Below are positions 11,201 to 20,400 of a stretch of DNA of 64,000 nt, piece after piece. The stretch is from positions 434,001-498,000 of the forward strand of contig NIVC01000035.1 of the NCBI GenBank assembly GCA_002269645.1, read 5' to 3'. The notes under the pieces were generated by a model. That model was not told the DNA's origin. It searched no databases and saw only the letters and a program-made list of their open reading frames with translations. This stretch comes from Macrostomum lignano (taxonomy: Eukaryota). The translations under genes and the position numbers were made by a program. The stretch's first letter is position 1, and every line of letters begins with the position of its first letter.

Positions 11201-12860
11201 AGGTCAAATAACCAAGGTCAAAAGAACCAAGGTCAAATAACCAAGGTCAAATAACTGCGGTCAAATAACCAAGGTCAAATAACCAAGGTCAAAAGAACCA
11301 AGGTCAAAAGAACCAAGGTCAAATAACCAAGGTCAAATAACCAAGGTCAAAGAGCCAAGGTCAAATAACCAAGGTCAAATTCACCAAGGTCAAATTCACC
11401 AAGGTCAAAAGAATCAACGTCAAAGGACCAAAGCCAATAACTGATAACAAAAACAAGTGAAGGACGCAGCGCACCTGGTCCCGTCCGTTAATGTAGTACC
11501 GCAGGTCGCCCTCCGGAGAAATTCTCAATCCAATTCGGTCGCCCACTTTCAAACAGTCCAGGCTAACCTTGCCATACTCTCTGTGCGTTCCCTTGCCATT
11601 CATGAGTATGCCAGCGCCGCTCATTATAATAGTGCCGGACCGCAACTGCGTCATAGTTGACGGCAATGTCAATCGTTCGGGATTGTGACTAGTAATCCCG
11701 ACTTCAATAGATCCGCTCCATTTCTGTACCAGCTTGTCAATTCTAATTTCGAATAGTTCGTTATCCCGCAACGGCCTGCTGCTAACCACTACGCCGTTGT
11801 TAAACTCGTCGAACGGTTTGCGCCGTTCGGCAACCCGACGATCTGTGCTCAACCGGACTAGGGTGCCGCATTTCCGATGGAATGTCAGCTCCTCAGCGTC
11901 GTCCAGAAGAGCATCGTGACCGACATCAGCCGCCGCCGCTAGACTACCGCCTTCATTGGGGTCTTCGTCGATATCTTCATCAACAAGAGCCGCAGCACCA
12001 CCACAAGCAGCAGCAGCAGCAGCAGCCGCCGACGTCGGTTCCACATTCAACGTACTGGGACGTTCCGGACGTTCCAGACGACTGGCGCTCCCGTTGGCGC
12101 CGCCTGCCATGTCAAGCGCGGCGCTAATCCTGCTGAGATTGGTCATGTGATCCAGCTGCAGCTGCGACATGGCCAATGCCAAGCTAAGCGGAGTGTTCTG
12201 CTGAGCAGCTGCGGTGCCGGGTTCGACACTGTCTAAATCCAGACTGCTCCTTGACTGCGGCAGGCTCAGCACTGGCGAGCCAGCAGATTCAGCTGAAACA
12301 GTCGATACTCTCTGCTCGACATCAATATCATCTTCATCGTCAAGTAAATCGGTGTCGTCGTTTACTATGACAACGCGAACGCACTTGCCGTACAGATCCA
12401 CAACGGCCCACACTGGAGAGGGCACGTTCCTAGCCGCCACGCCCAAGTCGACGCCGTTAACGTAAAAGTGCAAATCCCCGTCTGAGGTTCGCATAACGCC
12501 AACTGTGTCGTCCTCTTTCAACGATTCCAAATCGAGGCCGTAGTTCTCGCAGCTGGGGAAGCCGTCGCGGAGGACGGAGGAGCCGGACATGACCCAGGCT
12601 GACCTGGTCAGGTTGGAAGCGCTGCACGGTAGAGGAGTCAGCGTGCTCGGATTGCAGGCGGTGACGCCAATCTCTATGGAGCCGCTCCAAGCTAAGGTTT
12701 TATCCACAATTCGCACTGAGAACACCTGATAGTCGCGTAAAGGCCGATGACTGAACACGAGGCCATTGTTGAACTCGTTCAAATATGATCTCCGACGTGC
12801 ACTTCTAAAGTCTGAATCTAGCACCACTAGGGAGCCGGCCTGCTGATGAAACTTCGGCAT
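4655..12860 (-). CDS. NEURL4: Neuralized-like protein 4 (six NHR repeats plus C-terminal ART/PARP-like domain), 7 coding exons, ~1650 aa
   Basis: Exons 12860-11475, 10953-10582, 10236-9938, 9210-8514, 7956-6877, 6343-5786 and 5215-4655. All introns are GT-AG with matching phases (0,0,2,0,0,0); total 4953 nt. NHR motifs include [21 protein letters not shown] and [11 protein letters not shown]-terminal GWTKFGLRV...WVLAY...[14 protein letters not shown] matches the recalled NEURL4 C-terminus. An in-frame TAG lies 8 codons upstream of the ATG at 12860. Confidence 0.93.
5250..5735. repeat. 12-bp minisatellite (GTGATTGTGTCG), NEURL4 intron 6
   Basis: Tandem units. Confidence 0.95.
6385..6825. repeat. 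34-35-bp minisatellite (TGTACATTGGGGCAGAGATATTCTAGGGTCCTGTG), NEURL4 intron 5
   Basis: Tandem units. Confidence 0.95.
8021..8510. repeat. (GACA)n microsatellite, NEURL4 intron 4
   Basis: Direct observation; starts at the splice donor. Confidence 0.97.
9277..9865. repeat. 28-bp minisatellite (GCTGGGCCAGCCTCCCAGATCCTCAGTT), NEURL4 intron 3
   Basis: About 20 tandem units. Confidence 0.96.
10355..10570. repeat. Same 28-bp minisatellite in inverted orientation, NEURL4 intron 2
   Basis: Unit ACTGAGGATCTGGGAGGCTGGCCCAGCA is the reverse complement of the intron-3 unit. Confidence 0.95.
11045..11410. repeat. 14-bp minisatellite (CCAAGGTCAAATAA / CCAAGGTCAAAAGAA), NEURL4 intron 1
   Basis: Tandem units. 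Confidence 0.95.
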
Positions 12861-13029
12861 CTTTGACTGCGGACAGGGATGCTATAACTGGGGCGTCTTC
12901 TAGTAGCAAAGGCCGCTGATTTACTGCAAAAATGAGTTCAATTGGAGAACTTATTTTAATTGACGTTTAGGGCGCCTGAAAAATGGGACAAAAAAATTGG
13001 CGATGAATCAACTCCTCCAAACACCCATC

Positions 13030-13790
13030 TCTTTCACAATGTACATTGGCGATTTATCGAACCCCCCAAAACATCCACCTCACTATCTACGCTGGCTAAT
13101 TATCAACCCTCAAAACACCCACCTCATTAACAATGTACATTGGCTATTTATCAACCCTCAAAACACCAACCTCACTCACTACGTCACTATGTACATTGGC
13201 TATTTATCAACCCTCAAAACACCAACCTCACTCACTACGTCACTATGTACATTGGCTATTTATCAACCCTCAAAACACCCACCTCATTAACGTTGTACAT
13301 TGGCTATTTATCAACCCTCAAAACACCCACCTCATTAACAATGTACATTGGCTATTTATCAACCCTCAAAACACCCACCTCATTAACAATGTACATTGGC
13401 TATTTATCAACCCTCAAAACACCCAACTCATTAACAATGTACATTGGCTATTTATCAACCCCCAAAACACCCAACTCATTAACAATGTACATTGGCTATT
13501 TATCAACCCTCAAATCACCCACCTCACTCACTATGTACATTGGCTATTTATTAACCCTCAAAACACCCACCTCACTCACTATGTACATTGGCTATTTATC
13601 AACCCTCAAAACACCCACCTCACTCACTATGTACATTGGCTATTTATCAACCCTCAAAACACCCACCTCACTCACTATGTACATTGGCTATTAATCAACC
13701 CTCAAAACACCCACCTCACTCACTATGTACATTGGTTATTTATCAACCCTCAAAACACCCACCTCACTCAAAATGTACATCGGCTATTTA
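13030..13790. repeat. 48-bp minisatellite (ATGTACATTGGCTATTTATCAACCCTCAAAACACCCACCTCATTAACA)
   Basis: Tandem units upstream of NEURL4. Confidence 0.96.
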
Positions 13791-14289
13791 CCAAGCTCCT
13801 TCTAAGGGGCAAAATGTTCATAGATAAAAAATAGCAACAATTTAATTAGTCGAGCAACTATCAGCGTGAAAGCAACTTAGGTAAGGTTCTTTGTCATGAA
13901 TTCTGTGTACTTTAAAGCAGAAAAAATCGCAAGGAAAAAAATATAAAAATAAAATCTCATAAAGAGTACTCTTACAATATAGAAAATTTTGACAAAACTG
14001 CGTTAAAAAAACAAAAAAGAATAAAATCTGAACAGTGATTTCTGGCACAAAGAAAATGTGAAGAAAAATCTAGTTTTAAATAACATTCAGAAACAGACAA
14101 ATTTCGCTATAAAATCACACAAAGCATGATAGGAATTCAGCAGAGGTGCAATTGAATAGGAATAGAAGAAACAAGGAACAGTCTTCTCCAACAATACTAC
14201 TTATTACACAGAAAAGTAGCAAGCAGTGCAATTGAATAACTGGATACAAAAACCCACAACTATAATAAACTACTGAAAATCTAAGTTAA

Positions 14290-14670
14290 AGCTACCAGAT
14301 CTGACTGCAAATCTACCAATTTAAATATACCATACCTAACTGCAAATCTGCCATTATTTAACTACCAGATCTACCTGAAAATCTACCAATTAAAAGCTAC
14401 AAAATCTAACGGCAAATCTAGCAATTTTAACTACCAGACCTAACTGCAAATCTATCAATTTGAAGCTACCAGATCTAACTGCAAATCTATCAATTTTAAC
14501 TACCAGATTTCACTGCAAATGTACCAATTTTTAACTACCAGACCTAACTGCAGATCTATCAATTTGAAGCTACCAGATCTAACTGCAAATCTATCAATTT
14601 TTAACTACTAGATCTAACTGCAACTCTACCAGATTTAACTGCAAATATACCAATTTTAACTAGCAGATCA
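14290..14670. repeat. ~34-bp degenerate minisatellite (AACTGCAAATCTATCAATTTTAACTACCAGATCT)
   Basis: Tandem units. Confidence 0.9.
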
Positions 14671-14679
14671 ATTTCAGCT

Positions 14680-15225
14680 TCATTTGCCACCAGAAGACAC
14701 GGGACTCGCAGCATCGTCCCGCTGTCCGGCATTGAAGTATCCACTGGAGTTCTCATCTCTCGAGCCGCTGCCGCTAACTGAAGAAGCCAGCCCCTGGCCC
14801 TGATTGGGGTCGGGCCACCAAGCTCCCAGGTACCTGTAACTGTAGCGATGCTCTAAATCCGCCCAAAACTCCGACATCGCCACCTGATGGCCCCGAGGCG
14901 GCGGCGGCACCGGCTTGGGACCGAAAGCCGCGGGCACCCAGCCGACCTCTCCCGGCATGCTCGATCTCGGCCGCGGTACAAAAGCACCTCGTGTACTTTT
15001 GCCCAGGCCAGCCAGGCTGCTTGTGTGCTGGCCGCAGCCGCCTCCGTCGCCGCCCCACCAGCGCCAGTCGCCGACGTAGCGACCGGCGTCGGGGTCGACG
15101 GCAATCCGATGCGGCCGGGTGCCGTTCGGGCCGGAGTGCAGAGCGCCAGCGTAAGCCGGGATGCTGGCCCGATGCTGCTGCTGCTGCTGATGGCGGGGTT
15201 GACTTCCAGAGTTTGACTTAGACAT
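14680..15225 (-). CDS. Intronless 181-aa ORF, SPMIP2/C4orf45 (DUF4562)-like microtubule inner protein candidate
   Basis: ATG-to-TGA ORF with exon-like GC content. Motifs HSGPNG...RYVG, PRPRSSMPGEVGW and HRYSYRYLGAWWPDP parallel recalled C4orf45 motifs FTGPD...YVG, EYVSEIGW and HRYQNPWQPKP. Confidence 0.55.
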   Translation of the reverse strand: MSKSNSGSQPRHQQQQQHRASIPAYAGALHSGPNGTRPHRIAVDPDAGRYVGDWRWWGGDGGGCGQHTSSLAGLGKSTRGAFVPRPRSSMPGEVGWVPAAFGPKPVPPPPRGHQVAMSEFWADLEHRYSYRYLGAWWPDPNQGQGLASSVSGSGSRDENSSGYFNAGQRDDAASPVSSGGK

Positions 15226-16515
15226 GGCCAGGATGATTTAATTAGCGAATCACTGAAATTTCATATTGAAATTAATATTACTTAGGATAGAATAGCGTAG
15301 ACTTTAAAGTACATTTCTATGAAAGTACATTGCTCAAAATAAATTCAAAAGTACAACTTGCTAAAGTACTTATAATTAAAAGTACAGTACAGAAGTACAC
15401 GTCCAAAATGACATTTAAAGGTCATTTTTTAAAAAATAACCTTCCCCGGTCAAAACAGTTGCGTCCCTCCAGTCGATGCAGGTAACACAGGTAAAAATAT
15501 TATAGGAAAGAAGTGACACTAGACAATTCTAAAACGACGAGATGTCACGGTAGTGTACAAGTCGCCAAAAAGTCGTCTGTATAGATCTCGAGTCTGTCTA
15601 TATATTCCTACTCGAGTCTAGTAGGAAGTTAAGCGCTAACACAGCGAGTCTTAAATGATTTTTTGGCGACGATTCTGAAACTCGTGTGATGCCCTCGTGA
15701 CTCAACAGTCGCTATAAGTACAGAGTCACGAAGTCTTGTCACGGAAAAGTTTTCAACGGGATTTTGAAGGTGCATCTTAAAATTGTATTACTAAAATCAC
15801 TTGTTTAAACTCAAATGGCTTAAAATACTAGTGAATAAAGAAGCGGCTATAAACAAAACAAAATAATATATAGAGCAAACAGAACCAATGCTTACACAGT
15901 TTTATTAATAATTCATATTATTACCTTGGCTTGATGCAGGTTAGAAGATATAATATAAGCATCATGTATCAGCCAATCTAAAGTATAACAAAACTATTTT
16001 ATTTCATAAACATATTGTCTGAACATCTCCAAAATAAACATCGTCTTTAACAGAAAAAGCAAAGCTATAACAACAAGCAGCAGTAGAAGCCGAACAAAAT
16101 AACAGAAAATCAAAATCAATATAAACAGACAGGACAGGTAACTACCAAGTTGGTCTCCATGGAAAACTCTAATTATAATTCGTTAGCACAACAAAAAACT
16201 GTTTGCTAAAAACGGTCATGTCCTTCAACTGGCCTGGGCAGTGATGAATCTGTAGCAAGCGCAGAGCTGCTTTCTGTATAAATTAAACACTATAAAAATA
16301 GTTCATATTTATTTATAACTTGAGCTCAAGGGGCGGACCCGACAGGATGTTCTGATGGTAAAAACGTTGATTAAATAAAAATAAGAACAAAAAATAGTTG
16401 GAAGAAATTCAAATCTGTGACGACCTAAGTAAATTTATAGCAATGACTTAATGGAATAGTGGTGTTTAAGCTGTGAATTCGTTGCTACCGGCTCCTGATC
16501 TGTAGACTGCGCTAA

Positions 16516-16674
16516 AACTGACTGACTGACTGACTGACTGACTGACTGACTGACTGACTGACTGACCGACTGACAGACAGACATGCAGACAGGCAGACAT
16601 GCAGACAGACAGACAGACACTAAGACAGACAGACAGACACTAAGACAGACAGACAGACAGACAGACAGACACTA

Positions 16675-16719
<45 letters not shown>

Positions 16720-16815
16720 TGCAGACAGACAGACAGACAGACAGACAGACAGGCAGATATGCAGATAGACAGACAGACAGACATGCAGACAGGCAGACAG
16801 ACAGACAGGCAGACA
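16516..16815. repeat. Compound microsatellite (GACT)n-(GACA)n
   Basis: Direct observation. Confidence 0.95.
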
Positions 16816-17435
16816 GCATACATTGCTATCCAGAGGTGTATTTTCAAAGCCTTAAAGTCCAATCCACAGCCAGCTTCGAAGCTATCAATCAAATAAACTT
16901 GGACAGTTAATTCGAAGCTGTCGGCATAGCCAAGTGATAAATAAACACTTCAAGTAATACTAGCAGTAATAATTAGCGGATGAATAGACAAAGAAAGAGT
17001 TCCGAGGAATTAATGCTGTTAAGTGGTTAAGTTGGAATGATATTAGTAATAAAAAACAAATTAAGCAGTCTGCAAGGCATAAATATTCAATGCAAGCACC
17101 ACCGGCCTACTAATTTAAGTAGAGAAGGCGCTTATTTTATTCGTAAAATAAATTAATTAAAACCATTTGATGCCTCACTATAAGTAGCGTGCGTGTGATT
17201 ATCGAAATTGAAAAAAATAATAAGGATGGACCACGGTACAGAATCTCATCCTTAGGGAACCTGATACTGCACCGCATATTTTATGTGACACTTTAAGAGT
17301 ACAAATAAACCTTCAATGCAATGTATCACGATAGTCTCACAGCCCCAACACATACACAGGTCCCTAGACGGACACAGCCACTGAGAAAAACGAACTAAAT
17401 CGCACACAACCATAGTCTTATTCAGCTTCAAGAAA

Positions 17436-20400
17436 CTAATCGCTAGAATAGTCCAAGCCATGCAGAGATTCCTCAGACCAGCCGCTGCTGGTACTGGACG
17501 CCCGCCTACGATTGCAATCTCGGTTGCATTCGTACTTGTAACAGTCAGTACCGTTCTCCACCAGCCTGGTGTCATTATTAGTATCCGATATTGATGACGA
17601 ATGTTCGTTAGGCGAAGGCGATGAATTCGGCGACGAAGGCGGCGATTGGTGTCGCCTACGGTGATGCCTATGACGAGTTGAGGTCATGCCGCCACTCTGT
17701 TGCTGCTGCATGAACGACTCTACACGGGCCAAGCGCGATTTTAGACTATCTATGACAGCATCGTCTGGTTCCGGTTGTTCTACAACTTGTTGCAGCAGCT
17801 GCTGTTGCTGATACTGCGGACAAGAGGCGGCGTGCTTCTCTAAGACGCTCATTGAAGCCAATAGACCCGCTTGTTGCATGCGAACTTGATGCAGTTCCTA
17901 TGGAGTTGGAATAGGGGGGGGGATTGTGAATGTGAACTACAGCTCGGATTGTTAAATCAAGTTCGTGTGTTTTAACGTTTCAATGCACTTATAGGTTGGA
18001 TTCTCGAAGACCTCAGTCCAAGAGTCTATACTTGTATATGAGTCTGCCCTTTCATCTTTGCATATGAAGCCACCTCCCTAAGTGCTTAATTGTAAGCACT
18101 TCAGATTATAGACAAATATTAATGTATGCGGCCATAGACTAAAACACGGACAAGCCAGCAGAAAGTGAGGTTGAGGCATGGTAAGCACCGCTGAGGCGTA
18201 AAGCCGGAACAAGTGACAGAATTATCCACAGAAATTACTCAGTGCCGAATCTACTTTTTTAATTAATGAAGCAGTGCAAGAAAAGAAATCGCATCGGACT
18301 ATTCCTGTTGTTTTGTTGAAGTGCAGAGGCAGCTTCAATAACAGACGGGAGTGCCGAGAGGCCGTGGCAGCTTTGCGATCCTTTTCTGTCAACCCAGTTG
18401 TTGGGCTGTTAATCGCAGACCAACAGCAACTGCGAGAACGATGGCAGCAATTTGCTGGGCGAATTTCAGGCCCATGTAGAAGCAAGTGCAAGTGCGCAGG
18501 GTCCTGGGTTGCAAGGCGATGATCTGATTTCAGCGGACTCCACTGCATCAACTGAGAGAGCTCACGACCTGCTTGCCGGTACATTTGGCCATAGATTTCC
18601 TAACAAAGGTAGTGAGCACGAATTTTATTCGGCTTCATGGAAAATGCGTGATTGAGCATTCTGTGTATATTCTGTGGCCTTAAACTGGTTTACATAGGAG
18701 CATGAAGCGACTTCCGTAAGAATACGAAGTGCATTTAAGTGTGGCCTCGTCCAATTTTTCTCTAACTGCAGCTTTAGTACCATTGATTGAAATGCATTCA
18801 TCGGCCCTTGCCAGTCTCATTCAAGCAGCATGCAACTTCTCTTTTTCCTTCCCTGGCAGCAGATTCCCTCTTAGCATGCCCTCTGCCTTGCATAAAATTT
18901 GTCTTTTTATTCGAAAATCTGCACAAGATGGAAAAGGCTGAAATTCGAGCTGTGATGAAGGACATCCACTTAAAAGGGCTCTCAACAAAACACGCTTTTG
19001 AGGACATGGTGAAAACACTGGGCGAAAAAGATGCTCAATGATATTCGACGCTGAAGAACTGGATGGCAGACTTCGAAAGGGGAGGAAGCACGACTGTAAA
19101 TAAGCTGCGATCTGGCCGCCTCAACAACGCCATCACGCAGGAGACAGTTGCAGCCCAGGATGCTGATAATTATGGAGTGCAAGGTGCCAGATGACGGGCG
19201 AGCAGCCTCTACGATGTGTTGCACCGTAGATCTTCAATCCACATCTTGTGCAGATTTTCAAATAAAAAGACAAATCACATGCAAGAAAGGGGTAAAGGTG
19301 CCATACTGCCGCTGGAATGAGACTGGCAAGGGCGAAGGCTACAGCTAGAGCAAAAGTGCATCAGCCCATGCCGAACTTTTTGAACGCCCTTGTAGTGACT
19401 CTGCTTAATTTTTTTATTGAAAGTATTTTATTCAATTGAAAATTTGTATAAAACTGAGCATTCTGAATTTGAACTGACTTTGGCACTCAATTTTCCCAGC
19501 TCGATGTCATCTAATTTAAATTCCACATTGTATGTAATTCATATTTCACTTTAACTATCAATAATTATAATACTAGGATTTTTAGGACTTCAAAATTTTT
19601 ATTGATTGTCAAATTTGAGTAATCTGTAAGTATGGAGTCTGTAGACCTTCGCTACACCTTCTGTGGATCAAAGAGACTCAGCAATGTAAGGGTAAGGGCA
19701 CAGATACTATAAAGTATCTATTATATTATATAGTATCTGTGGGTAAGGGTAAAGATGTCGGTATTGTTTTTTTTACTTTTTACCTAATTCAAGCTAGCAA
19801 CCTGAATTTCAAGTTAACGGTCTGAGTCACGAGACAGGATACCAAATGGCACTGTGATTGACTGACTTTCAGTTTTTTTGGCACTAAATTCAGTAAATCG
19901 GTTAGGACAGGCTGTTGACAGGTTGTTAACAAAGATCTAGTATTTTCAATCGGACTTCGATGATGTTGTCGAACGCAATAAGACGTTGACTAAGACAGGA
20001 AAACGATCAACATTCATGAAGGGGCTTAACAGCAATTGTATCATTTGTTTTGTTTTGTCGAAATTGAATCTATCAAGAAATCGGAGTGCGATTGCAATTT
20101 AATCCTTGATTTTTGCGCGAAGCGGTAAAAAACTATTAGATTGAACAATACTGCAAAGACTCCGCTACGCTAGGACTCAAACGCTAATGTATAGCCATTT
20201 TAAATAAATACTCTTAAGGTTTCCGATTACCGATGCAATATTTATTTGCATAATTGCTGCACCGTTGAAGATATTCAAAGGAGGAAAACAAAACGACTAC
20301 AAAATTGCTTGCAAGGAATCGACTGCCGTCAGGGAGATTTATTTGCCACAATATTTTTTTGTTTTTTTTGCATTTATGCTGCATTGTGGCTACAATCTTT

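Noticed and set aside
3883-13834. Repeat-peptide ORFs such as [22 protein letters not shown] and HWLFINPQNT
   Set aside because: Translations of minisatellites whose unit length permits open frames; they are open in several frames at once.
12923-14700. In-frame fusion of the SPMIP2-like ORF to NEURL4
   Set aside because: NEURL4 has an in-frame TAG between the acceptor and its ATG; the only nearby donor is weak and joins out of frame.
18222-18655. Short ORFs between the host terminal exon and the mariner remnant
   Set aside because: No recognisable motif or splice fit; probably decayed repeat.
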